Shown piece by piece: positions 1 to 8,989 of a stretch of 64,000 nucleotides of DNA. This DNA comes from a virus: positions 2,749 to 66,748 of IMG/VR virus record IMGVR_UViG_3300021962_000091, one strand, 5' to 3'. Numbering within the stretch: the stretch's first letter is position 1; every line of letters begins with the position of its first letter. A program made the position numbers and the translations under genes. Below the pieces are notes generated by a model. That model searched no databases. It saw nothing but the letters and a program-made list of their open reading frames with translations, and was not told the origin of the DNA.

Positions 1-327
1 GGCCCACTTCGCCCAGTATTCGTCCAAGAAATGTTGCAGCATATACCCACCTTCGGGCCAGGCCATCAAAAATCTATTGATGCCGGCCACAACCTCGGGG
101 GTCATATATTCCATGCCATCTTTCATTGGATTTGACGGAGAGGCCACTTGATCGGGAGTGTATTGTTTATCTTGACACACGGCAACCGCCCCATCGCACA
201 GGGTCAGCTCGGTTGTAGGTGTGAGTTTTTTCCACCCATACTTTTCACGTAAAATTTCTCCAATTACGTGTGAATCATATCCATCAGCTTGGGGTTTGGC
301 AACCCGTTTCCATTCAATTTGCATCAT
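1..327 (-). CDS. Partial gene (3' end lies beyond the left window edge); possible alpha-ketoglutarate-dependent HExxH-type peptide beta-hydroxylase
   Basis: Absent from the ORF track. Manual translation gives an open frame from ATG 327/324 to position 1: MMQIEWKRVAKPQADGYDSHVIGEILREKYGW...WPEGGYMLQHFLDEYWAKWA. GAGGTGG RBS at 328-334 and TATAAATA late promoter at 340-347. The family guess rests only on the recalled W-x-R-x-A-x-PQ-x-DGYD N-terminus and on context; the HExxH motif is not in the window. Confidence 0.6.
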   Translation of the reverse strand, partial: MMQIEWKRVAKPQADGYDSHVIGEILREKYGWKKLTPTTELTLCDGAVAVCQDKQYTPDQVASPSNPMKDGMEYMTPEVVAGINRFLMAWPEGGYMLQHFLDEYWAKWA

Positions 328-339
328 CCACCTCAATTA

Positions 340-347
340 TATTTATA
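340..347 (-). promoter_or_regulatory. T4-type late promoter (TATAAATA)
   Basis: Exact T4 gp55 consensus 13-16 nt upstream of the start of the edge gene; gp33 is encoded in the window. Confidence 0.7.
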
Positions 348-355
348 TGGCGATA

Positions 356-1888
356 TTACACAACTTCAGGTTTATCGATATGTGTTACGTCACTGTGCAG
401 GTCCGTGTGAGCCGTGTCCGTGTGTAAGTCGGTATGGGCCGTGTCGGTATGAAGATCGGTATGCGCCGTGTCGGTATGAAGATCGGTATGTGCCGTATCT
501 GTGTGTAAGTCAGTATGCGGTACATCGCTGTGCGTATTGACGAACGACACGTCGCTATGACTATTCACAAAGGACACGTCGGTGTGAGACACAACTTGCG
601 CCACGTTTGTATGCGAACTACTGAACGGAGCATCGTAATGCGCATTACTGTGCGAACTACTGAACGGAGCATCGTAATGCGCATTACTGTGCGAACTACT
701 GAACGGCGCATCATAGTGCAAGTTGCTATGCGAACTGCTGAACGGGGCGTCATAATGCGCACTACTGAACGGCGCATCATAGTGCAGGTTACTATGTGAG
801 TTAACGAACGGAATGTCCTCGTGGGGGTAATCCGTATACGCATTACCAAACGGTGTATCAGTATACGCATTACCAAACGGTGGACTGTTTGTATAACAGG
901 TGCCGTCAGTGTGGTCGGCATACTCTTGCCACGACGACGGAAAATTAACTAGCGTATCGGTATAACAGCCATCGTTATGGGGATACTCATACGCCGGACC
1001 TTCATCGTCATGAAAAACTTCATACGTTGCCGGATGATCGCTATAATCACCATACGCCACGTCATTGTGACTGTTTACGAACGCCACATCGTAGTGTGAG
1101 TCAATAAAGTAACTATCACTAAACGCCACATCGTAATGTGCATTGCTATGCGAACTACTAAACGGGGCGTCATAATGCGAACTACTGAACGGCGCATCAT
1201 AGTGCAGGTTACTGTGCGAACTGCTGAACGGCGCATCATAGTGCAGGTTACTGTGCGAACTGCTGAACGGCGCATCATAGTGCAAGTTGCTATGCGAACT
1301 ACTAAACGGGGCATCGTAATGGGCATCACTATGTGCAATGTCGGTATGGGCATCACTATGCGCGGTATCGGTGTGGGCATCAGTGTGGGCCGTGTCGGTA
1401 TGCGCATCCGAATGCGATACGTCGCTATGGCTATTCACAAAGGACACGTCATTATGGCTGTTGACGAACGACACGTCATTGTGGGTGTTGACAAAGGACA
1501 CGTCATTATGGCTGTTGACGAACGATACGTCATTGTGGGTATTCACAAATGCCGTATCATTGTGCGCCCAATGTTCGTGCTGTGCAGCTCCAATAAAATG
1601 CAACTGCCCATTAGCACTCGACGGCGCATAGGACGTTTCGATCCACATCGACCCCGCCAATGCACCCGCGCCGGCACGGTCGGCGACATACGGGCCATCC
1701 ACATATCGCTGAACCCCCGAGGCATCAATATAGTGAATGGTGTTTGCCGACATCCACATCGATCCGATTGCGGCACCTGCGGGAGATGCAACAGACGTGC
1801 CTAAAAATCGAAACTGCGTGTTACTGGCATTCATCCAATGTAGGTAAGATCCGCTAACCCACATCGAACCATTTGCTTCATTCGCCAT
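356..1888 (-). CDS. His-x-Asp/aromatic-x-(D/N/S) repeat protein, 510 aa (putative fibre-tip adhesin and radical SAM substrate), paralog 1
   Basis: N-terminal domain of about 110 aa with three GSMW pseudo-repeats, then tandem HNDVSFVNS, HTDTAHTDL and HYDAPFSSSHSNL repeats around a unique Cys/Tyr-containing centre; ends HIDKPEVV. Confidence 0.8.
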   Translation of the reverse strand: MANEANGSMWVSGSYLHWMNASNTQFRFLGTSVASPAGAAIGSMWMSANTIHYIDASGVQRYVDGPYVADRAGAGALAGSMWIETSYAPSSANGQLHFIGAAQHEHWAHNDTAFVNTHNDVSFVNSHNDVSFVNTHNDVSFVNSHNDVSFVNSHSDVSHSDAHTDTAHTDAHTDTAHSDAHTDIAHSDAHYDAPFSSSHSNLHYDAPFSSSHSNLHYDAPFSSSHSNLHYDAPFSSSHYDAPFSSSHSNAHYDVAFSDSYFIDSHYDVAFVNSHNDVAYGDYSDHPATYEVFHDDEGPAYEYPHNDGCYTDTLVNFPSSWQEYADHTDGTCYTNSPPFGNAYTDTPFGNAYTDYPHEDIPFVNSHSNLHYDAPFSSAHYDAPFSSSHSNLHYDAPFSSSHSNAHYDAPFSSSHSNAHYDAPFSSSHTNVAQVVSHTDVSFVNSHSDVSFVNTHSDVPHTDLHTDTAHTDLHTDTAHTDLHTDTAHTDLHTDTAHTDLHSDVTHIDKPEVV

Positions 1889-1911
1889 ATGTTTGTGTCC
1901 CGTTTAATGAA

Positions 1912-3072
1912 CTATGTCGCCCACAAGTTAGTGCCAACCGGCAGCACAAAACGGCCGTTCGTCGTATTTAGAGTCATTTTTGCATTGACCGTCGCGACAC
2001 CCGAGCACAATAATGTGCTGCTGAGTGTGGTCGCTCCCGTGAACGTTTTCGCACCGGCAAAACTCTGTGTGGTCGTATCCACCACACCATTGGCACTCGC
2101 ACTCGCCGACGACAACCGCGCCAACGGCACAGTTCCTGTACTCAGCGCCGAGGCATTGATACCCGTGGTCGAAATTGTGGTGAGAAGTGTTCCATAGTTT
2201 GTTCCGTCGCTCGTCACTTCCCAGTTATCGCCCATTTCATTCCAACGGAGGTAGGTGTTCGCCGACGATCCGCGATTGATTTCAATACCCGCATTTTCTG
2301 AAGGTGCGGTAATTGCAGGCAAATCCGCATTCAGCGCAATGATGTTATCACCGATTTGCAGATTGGTAGTATTGATGTAGGTCGTGGTTCCACTGACGGT
2401 CAAGCTTCCGGTAATCGTCACATCTTGGGCGAACGTTGCGTTGCCCGAGACACCCAGCGTACCCAGCGCGTTTGCCGCGCCGGTAATACTCACGGTGTTA
2501 CTGAATGATGTAGTATTCTGGAATGTCTTGTTCCCCACAAAGGTTTGGGTGTTCGTATCTACGACGCCGTTCGCACTCGTGTTTGCTGATGTTAATCGAT
2601 CAAGCGGTACTGTCCCTGTCGCCAAGTTACTGGCATTGGTATAGTAGGAACCCGGCTGACTGTTGAGGTTCGTCGCGTTGGTGGCCTGAGTGGCCGTCGT
2701 AGCACTATTGACGTTCAGTGCTCCTTCGCTCTTACCAAAGGCATAGGTGCTGTTGTTGGCTGTAATGAGCGTATAGGTGCCTGACAACCGACCATCGGGC
2801 ACGGTACCCGTGGCTAACGCCGAGGCATTCATTGTCGTCAGAGATACGCCGTTTCCCGAAAACACATTGGCGGTGACGGTGCCATTGGCAGTCACGGTCA
2901 CAATCGTCATGGTGCCGTTGATGGATACGTTCCCCGAACTGGTTGCCGGTGTCGCATTTTGTGCAACAAGAATGTATTCGCTTGTGTTACCAACGGCGGT
3001 AATAATTTGGTTAGTCGTATTGACCCACTGACCAAAGGTATTCGATAACTGAACTTGTGACGGTAAGGGCAT
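1912..3072 (-). CDS. Tail fibre-like virion protein, 386 aa
   Basis: N-terminal SNTFGQWVNTTN baseplate-anchor-like motif seen in T4-like fibre proteins; T/N/S/G-rich beta repeats; GSLTVSGTTTYINTTNLQIGDNII...AGIEINRG fibre motif. Confidence 0.75.
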   Translation of the reverse strand: MPLPSQVQLSNTFGQWVNTTNQIITAVGNTSEYILVAQNATPATSSGNVSINGTMTIVTVTANGTVTANVFSGNGVSLTTMNASALATGTVPDGRLSGTYTLITANNSTYAFGKSEGALNVNSATTATQATNATNLNSQPGSYYTNASNLATGTVPLDRLTSANTSANGVVDTNTQTFVGNKTFQNTTSFSNTVSITGAANALGTLGVSGNATFAQDVTITGSLTVSGTTTYINTTNLQIGDNIIALNADLPAITAPSENAGIEINRGSSANTYLRWNEMGDNWEVTSDGTNYGTLLTTISTTGINASALSTGTVPLARLSSASASANGVVDTTTQSFAGAKTFTGATTLSSTLLCSGVATVNAKMTLNTTNGRFVLPVGTNLWAT

Positions 3073-3110
3073 AGCGTCTCCAATAAAGAAGAATAATTGA
3101 TATTCCTCTC

Positions 3111-4196
3111 TTATTTAGTATTGTGACTCGTTATACCCCAGACCTCATCGAATAGTTGACGAATAAGACGGTGTGGTGCGGCAGCGCGCATTCGTGACTG
3201 TGCGTTTTTCGCAATCGTCACCGCCGCCGACTGATTATCCCGCAGTTCTCGATACCGTGCCAACAGCGCAGCGGCGGCCGCTTTGGGGTCGCGGGGGCGT
3301 CCCACATTATCCGTTCCCCCCGGTGCGTCCACGGCGGCATAGTGCAAGTCGGGAATCAACGGCACCATCAGAGGATGTCGCGGATAAGTAAACCCGATGG
3401 TCGCGCACCCTAATGTCCACAGCTCATGCTCTCGATTACACCACGGACCCCCCGCCAAAAATAAGTTCCAGCGATGCTGACTGGCGAGCTTCCACCAGTC
3501 CTCGCGGGCGAGCTTTTGATGGCGGTCCCACATAACCACTTCCTCGGGCGCAAGGTCATATAAGTACAACCCCACCTCACGCCAAGGGCGGCGTTCCCCT
3601 GACTCGTTAGTATAGGAATACGAATACGTCTCGGACGAACCAATAGTGCCGGCAAAAAACAACCGCAAGTCGGTCGCAGTTTCGGCGGGTAATGCCGGTA
3701 ATGCATCCGCATACGCCACGGTCTCATCGGGATACATGGTAAAATACCCAAAGGGTCGATATTTTTCTGGAGCTTTGGTATGCTGATACACCCAGTCGCG
3801 TTCATACATGGTCATATAGACCGCGAGACACTTGGGGCTGGCCGACCATTCACGACCAAACGTCGGATAGTCCTGCATGTCGATGAGACAAAACGTATCC
3901 GAGTCTACCTCTCGAATACAGACGACATCACTATTATACACCCCACGGGTGGTAATGCCATCAGAGATAAAAGATGAGATGTAATGTTCGTCGCGGTCGG
4001 GTGGCGCGATGGACTCTCCCGTAACTTCATATCCACAGGCATGAAGATATTGCGCCATCTCCGCGACGAGCACATAGTTATAGCGGCGATGCTGGTGCAA
4101 CAGTGTCGTCGGAAGTTGATACACATTTCCGTCTGGCAATAGAATATCACCAGGCGGAAACGCATGAACATCATACGAGGTAATATGAAATTTCAT
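3111..4196 (-). CDS. Putative glycosyltransferase (GT-B/exostosin-like C-terminus), 361 aa
   Basis: LFFAG and the C-terminal WNLFLAGGPWCNREHELWTLGCATI...PLIPDLHY segment resemble phage glycosyltransferase-like proteins. Confidence 0.45.
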   Translation of the reverse strand: MKFHITSYDVHAFPPGDILLPDGNVYQLPTTLLHQHRRYNYVLVAEMAQYLHACGYEVTGESIAPPDRDEHYISSFISDGITTRGVYNSDVVCIREVDSDTFCLIDMQDYPTFGREWSASPKCLAVYMTMYERDWVYQHTKAPEKYRPFGYFTMYPDETVAYADALPALPAETATDLRLFFAGTIGSSETYSYSYTNESGERRPWREVGLYLYDLAPEEVVMWDRHQKLAREDWWKLASQHRWNLFLAGGPWCNREHELWTLGCATIGFTYPRHPLMVPLIPDLHYAAVDAPGGTDNVGRPRDPKAAAAALLARYRELRDNQSAAVTIAKNAQSRMRAAAPHRLIRQLFDEVWGITSHNTK

Positions 4197-4197
4197 G

Positions 4198-5577
4198 TTA
4201 CCTCATATCAATAATACCTACAGCGACGTCACGGGCGGATTCGTTGCATATCACGGTGAGTTGATCGACAGAAAACCCTGCCATCTCTACCCATTCCTGT
4301 AGTGGATGTTTTCGCAGGTTGTCCCCATACACATAGACAAGATGAAGTTTATACGGGTCGAGTGCGGCCCGCGTGGCCGTAGCTTCGTCCTCACTCATCT
4401 CCGTCAGTCGAACGGGGCACGATACCACGACGGTGCTATCCGGCTGAAACCACTCGACCCACGTCAAATCTTGAATGCGCGCCGCACTCCATTTTCCGAC
4501 TAACCCCGACTGCGCCGACGTGATAGCGGCCTCATTAATATCCACTCCACCAATTTTAATGTCGGGTCGATTCAGCTTGAGTGTCTTGAGCAGACGACCG
4601 TTTCCGCATCCCAAATCAAGCACCGCACAATTTTCTGGGGCAAGAGTTTTCAACTCGTGTAGAATCGGCGCGTGTGACTCTAACATGCCTGTATAGGAAG
4701 AAAATCCGTTATGCTTCCAAATATCTTCCGTGGGTTTGGAGTAGACCCCCTTGCGATGAAAATATCGTTTATCGGTCGGTGGTGCCCAATCGGTGCGCGT
4801 CGAAATCTTGAGTGCTGGTCCGACAATTTCACCGATACCATTGACGCCACTCCATCGAACCGGCCACGACAGCACCGCATCAATAATTTTTGCTTCTTCA
4901 ACAAAGCCGTGCTTCTTGGCCGCCTCGCGCGTTTTTCGTCCAATTTCTACCGTGGCTTCACATTGGAATGAGCACGGCAAATGGGATACCCACCGAATCG
5001 CTTTCCACCGCCACAACATATTCGCTTCGATAGGACCATCCGCATTCCCCGTTTCGGCATACTGCTCCCATGTCGTATCCACCTGACCCGCGCCCCATGT
5101 GCGATGGAAAAATTCACGACAGCACTTAGGATAGCCCAAGACCTGACCGAGCACTTCGTTATTGTGGGCAATGTCTGGGGTATTCGAGACGAGCGAGAGC
5201 ACTTCGGGTCGCACAATCAGGACACGATACTCCCACGGCTTGGACGGATCAAATCCCGACGCTCCACTGGCAGACGAGTATCCATCAGACGACTGTCGGT
5301 TGACTTGCGTCACCGGCACAGCGGTAAGTCCATGAGATGCCGCACGGGCGCCCACCGTCATCAATTGGTCGGGTCGCACAAACGTATACATGCCGGGACG
5401 AATGCCCTCAATGACGGTCAGCCATTCAATCTCCTCACGCGCTTTTGAGACTTTATCAAATAACGGAAGCCAATATTCTCGCTCGGTCATTGAGGCCCAT
5501 GCCCATCGAGTCCACTCGGGCAACACGGGTCGGTTGGGGTCTAATACTGAAGTGGTAATTGCGGCCATATTATTCAT
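4198..5577 (-). CDS. DUF483-like Cys-containing domain fused to a class I SAM-dependent methyltransferase, 459 aa
   Basis: LGYPKCC and HLPCSFQC motifs in the N-terminal part; VLDLGCGNG SAM-binding motif I and GVDIN in the C-terminal part; start overlaps the upstream radical SAM stop. Confidence 0.65.
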   Translation of the reverse strand: MNNMAAITTSVLDPNRPVLPEWTRWAWASMTEREYWLPLFDKVSKAREEIEWLTVIEGIRPGMYTFVRPDQLMTVGARAASHGLTAVPVTQVNRQSSDGYSSASGASGFDPSKPWEYRVLIVRPEVLSLVSNTPDIAHNNEVLGQVLGYPKCCREFFHRTWGAGQVDTTWEQYAETGNADGPIEANMLWRWKAIRWVSHLPCSFQCEATVEIGRKTREAAKKHGFVEEAKIIDAVLSWPVRWSGVNGIGEIVGPALKISTRTDWAPPTDKRYFHRKGVYSKPTEDIWKHNGFSSYTGMLESHAPILHELKTLAPENCAVLDLGCGNGRLLKTLKLNRPDIKIGGVDINEAAITSAQSGLVGKWSAARIQDLTWVEWFQPDSTVVVSCPVRLTEMSEDEATATRAALDPYKLHLVYVYGDNLRKHPLQEWVEMAGFSVDQLTVICNESARDVAVGIIDMR

Positions 5578-6931
5578 CCTTTACAAGTGACATATCCGTG
5601 TGATCACCATGCGGCACCATATCCGTATGGTCGCCGTGACTATTTGCATGCTGACCGTATTGATGTGAATTCATATATGTATTAGCGTCCATTCCCGACT
5701 GCACGGCGCTGACCGCAGCGTTCAAATGAATACTCTTTCCCTGTGACCATACAGTATACATCAATTTTTCAATTTTTTCTCTGTCGGGGGATAATGTAAT
5801 CGGCAATTCTCCCACGCCGCGCAGTTTCTTTTCTTGAGACGCGAATTGTTCCTTGAGCACCGCACAATGCGTAGACCGTAATCTCCAGTCTCCTTCATAC
5901 CCGTCTTCAAATTCTTCACCCGTGCCGGGACAGTGGCCTGTGCACACCACAAAAAAGCGACATCCCTGACACCCCCCGTGTTCTTGGGGTGTCACATACA
6001 GCGACAACTGTCGAATGTGCGCGCGGGTGCTTGGAAACCCCTCACCAATTTGCCATCGAGCGTTATATCCAAACCCCTCTCCTGGCAACCAATCAATACC
6101 ATCCTTGACGGCTCGGGTGCAATTGCCCGGCGCACCGTCAGCACCAATACCCTGCACGGCGGCCGTGCTCCAGCCATCACACGCCGCATATACACACATT
6201 GCTTTGGACGCATCGCCGCGTAACAGTTGAATGGCTTCATCGAAGTTCAAAAACTTCATCTGGGTCAGTTCGCGACTTAGCTCAGCCAATTCTTTTATCG
6301 CCTGTTTTAATTCTGCATCTGGCAAATACCATTTACCCGCATGATGATCCATTTCAAGAAAATGGAAATTAATAAAACACACGCCTTTTTGGTCTAACTC
6401 ACGAATCCACTGCTTAAATCGAGGCAATACCGCCGGTGCGCAGTTTCCCGAGTGGAGCGTCACGATAAGTGTTGGTCCGTGTCCCCAATAGGCCCCAGGC
6501 TCCTGTTGAAGCGCACACACCATATCAATTGCTCGTAGCGTTTTTTCAGTGGCTTTACGTGTTGCTTCAATTGTGCCCGCCCATCGAGAATCATTCAGGT
6601 CATCGGGACCGTCCAAACTAATACCGACCTGTGTATGATACTTGCGAAACAAGTCAATATGTTTGGGAGTAATCAATGATCCGTTTGTCTGGAGTCCTGA
6701 TTGACCCCATTGGTCAAACGAGAGCTTTAATAGCTCTTCGAGGTCTTTCAGGTTCAACAATAACGGTTCGCCGCCAAACAGTTGCCAAAACCCCTTTGAC
6801 TGTGACGCCGCTTGAAGAACTTTTTCGCGTTGATATTTTGCCGTTGGAGTGACGCGACGACCCGCTTCTTCATAGCAGTAGTCGCAGCGTAAATTACAAG
6901 TAACGCCAACGGGTAAAACTTCAATTGACAT
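5570..6931 (-). CDS. Radical SAM/SPASM-domain peptide/protein maturase, 453 aa
   Basis: CNLRCDYC (CxxxCxxC), FGGEPLL, QTNG, GISLDG; C-terminal Cys set MCVYAAC...NC...CQGCRFFVVCTGHCP...C typical of SPASM; short tail with two HGDHTD copies. Confidence 0.9.
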   Translation of the reverse strand: MSIEVLPVGVTCNLRCDYCYEEAGRRVTPTAKYQREKVLQAASQSKGFWQLFGGEPLLLNLKDLEELLKLSFDQWGQSGLQTNGSLITPKHIDLFRKYHTQVGISLDGPDDLNDSRWAGTIEATRKATEKTLRAIDMVCALQQEPGAYWGHGPTLIVTLHSGNCAPAVLPRFKQWIRELDQKGVCFINFHFLEMDHHAGKWYLPDAELKQAIKELAELSRELTQMKFLNFDEAIQLLRGDASKAMCVYAACDGWSTAAVQGIGADGAPGNCTRAVKDGIDWLPGEGFGYNARWQIGEGFPSTRAHIRQLSLYVTPQEHGGCQGCRFFVVCTGHCPGTGEEFEDGYEGDWRLRSTHCAVLKEQFASQEKKLRGVGELPITLSPDREKIEKLMYTVWSQGKSIHLNAAVSAVQSGMDANTYMNSHQYGQHANSHGDHTDMVPHGDHTDMSLVKDE

Positions 6932-6937
6932 ACACTA

Positions 6938-8959
6938 TCACCATAATTTTTTTTCTGACCCATCAGGTAAAACGGCGCTTCGCGTGGGATCAGTATATGT
7001 TTTTTGTGTCACATCAGTATGGTCCCCGTGTTTATCGCCGTGCGGCCGATACTGATTAGATCCAGATGCTTGCAGAGTTTTATTCCATGCGGGCTGCAAA
7101 TTTTCCAAATGGGATGGGTGATCGTCAATATGATCCCCATGCTCAATAACATCGGTATGGTCACCGTGCGGCACCATATCAACGTGGTCGCCATGAGGAA
7201 CAGTGTCTCCCTCGACACACTCCACCGGCGCCGGCGGCAGAGGCGCAGGGGGTGACGATGGCCCTGTCCACAGGGTTTTTAATTTAGCGACCCACGCCCA
7301 TACAACCGCCATTCCACGACGAACAATAGCGATCACCCGTGCGACACGGGATGGGGATTGGTGCGTCAATATTACAGGAAGTGTCATATCTGTATGATCA
7401 CCATGCGGCACCACATCGGTGTGGTCGCCATGGGGAACCGTCACATCATCCGTGTGGTCGCCATGCGATGTTGTTGGTATCAACATGTCGGTATGATCGC
7501 CGTGTGGGATTATCGTTTCCACGGGTTCGACCACCGGAGCGACTCCCGTGTCTACATGGTCACCGTGGGGAACGTCGCGAATCGTCGTATCGACGTGATC
7601 ACCATGCGCATCGCCGTGTGGAATGTTTGCTACTTCGCGCGGCGGATTTGCATCATAATGATCCCCGTGAAGCTGCCCGCCCAAACCCGATGTAATATGT
7701 TCGTACTTCATTTTTCCCTCGACAATTTTAAGGGCCGTCGCTAAACTGATTTCTTTATTTTCCACCCATCCTCGATACATGAGGTGCTCGATCTCTTTTA
7801 ATTTTGGATGATGTGATAGGGGCAGTTCACCGACATCAATAAGACGACGCTCGGCTTCTTCTAACATATCCTTCCATGTTTGACAGTAGGTCGATCGTAA
7901 CCGCCAATCCCCATAGGTGCCGTGCGATTCTTCACCCGTGCCGGGGCAATGACCCGTGCACATAGACCAAAACCGACAATCCTTACATCCGCCGTGCTCC
8001 TGTGGTGTCACATAGAGAGAAAGCTGTCGTTCATGATAGCGCCGCGAGTCTTTGAACGTTCCAATTTGCCAGGGCGCATACACCCCCTGATTCTCTGGGC
8101 CTTCGGCGGGAATCCAATCGATTCCGTCCTTATTCGTGCGGGTGCAATGCGACGGGGATCCATCCCCCTCTAATCCTTGCACCGCCGACGTGTTCCACGG
8201 ATCACACGAATGCCAGACGCACATGACATCATCCGCCCCACGAAGTCGTTTGACATATTCGGCAAAGTTGGTGATTTGCGTGGTTTCAAATTCGGTGCTC
8301 AACTCCCACAAATCCAACATGACTTCTTTCATTCGGTCGTGGGGCACATACCATTCACTATCTTTCGTCGCTTCGTGATCCAGTTCCATTGTATGAAAAT
8401 TGATACTACGAATACCTCGACGATCGCAGTCCACAAGCCATGCCCGCATCTTTGGCCAGGCTTCGACTGAGCAATTTTTCGCATGAAGCGTAATAATGAG
8501 GCTGGGAATTAATACCGGATTATTTTGTTCTTTGGCCGCCGTCAGCAGCATATCAATCGCGGCGTGCGTTCGTGCCGTCGCTTTTCGTGTGGCGTCCAAT
8601 GTTCCTGCCCAGCGGGAGTCATTAAGTTCGTCGGGACCATCCAAACTAATACCCACGTTTGTTCTATATTTGGTAAATAATTCAATGTGGGCGGGAGTGA
8701 TTAATGTGCCGTTGGTCTGGACACCGGAACTTCCCCATTTATCGTGGGCGAGTTTGAGTAACTCTTCTAATTCTGGTAGAGGAATAATTAATGCTTCGCC
8801 GCCAAATAAGGACCAGCGTCCCGTCACATGCTCTAACTGGGCCAAGACTTTCGTGCGATCATATTTGTGCACGGGCTGAATGTCTCGAATTGGCTGCTCG
8901 TAGCAATATGCACATCGTAAATTGCACGTCACTCCCACGGGTCGAACTTCAATACTCAT
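6938..8959 (-). CDS. Radical SAM/SPASM maturase with a long C-terminal (P)HGDHxD repeat tail, 673 aa
   Basis: CNLRCAYC, FGGEA, QTNG, GISLDG, SPASM CKDCRFWSMCTGHCP; clear paralog of 5570..6931; about 13 HGD motifs in the last ~240 aa. Confidence 0.9.
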   Translation of the reverse strand: MSIEVRPVGVTCNLRCAYCYEQPIRDIQPVHKYDRTKVLAQLEHVTGRWSLFGGEALIIPLPELEELLKLAHDKWGSSGVQTNGTLITPAHIELFTKYRTNVGISLDGPDELNDSRWAGTLDATRKATARTHAAIDMLLTAAKEQNNPVLIPSLIITLHAKNCSVEAWPKMRAWLVDCDRRGIRSINFHTMELDHEATKDSEWYVPHDRMKEVMLDLWELSTEFETTQITNFAEYVKRLRGADDVMCVWHSCDPWNTSAVQGLEGDGSPSHCTRTNKDGIDWIPAEGPENQGVYAPWQIGTFKDSRRYHERQLSLYVTPQEHGGCKDCRFWSMCTGHCPGTGEESHGTYGDWRLRSTYCQTWKDMLEEAERRLIDVGELPLSHHPKLKEIEHLMYRGWVENKEISLATALKIVEGKMKYEHITSGLGGQLHGDHYDANPPREVANIPHGDAHGDHVDTTIRDVPHGDHVDTGVAPVVEPVETIIPHGDHTDMLIPTTSHGDHTDDVTVPHGDHTDVVPHGDHTDMTLPVILTHQSPSRVARVIAIVRRGMAVVWAWVAKLKTLWTGPSSPPAPLPPAPVECVEGDTVPHGDHVDMVPHGDHTDVIEHGDHIDDHPSHLENLQPAWNKTLQASGSNQYRPHGDKHGDHTDVTQKTYTDPTRSAVLPDGSEKKLW

Positions 8960-8976
8960 CGTATATCCTCTGTCAT

Positions 8977-8984
8977 TATTTAGT
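8977..8984 (-). promoter_or_regulatory. Late-promoter-like motif (ACTAAATA) upstream of the radical SAM genes
   Basis: The same xxTAAATA motif precedes structural genes elsewhere (3112, 11874, 20311, 25493, 29937, 32947, 34170); followed by a GAGGA RBS. Confidence 0.6.
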
Positions 8985-8989
8985 ATGTG

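Noticed and set aside
380-1560. Regular 27-39 nt repeats (also at 9010-9880) that could suggest a CRISPR array
   Set aside because: The units are multiples of three, vary at synonymous positions, lack unique spacers and lie inside long ORFs; no cas genes are present.
515-1804. Plus-strand and alternative-frame ORFs over the repeat genes (e.g. 515..799, 1136..1804, 8987..9583, 10866..11579)
   Set aside because: Shadow ORFs caused by stop-poor repeats antisense to well-supported genes.
5570-8959. Radical SAM genes as QueE, NrdG, MoaA or anaerobic sulfatase maturase
   Set aside because: No queuosine, nrdD, molybdopterin or sulfatase genes are nearby; the SPASM domain, HGDHxD tails and flanking repeat proteins point to peptide or protein substrates.
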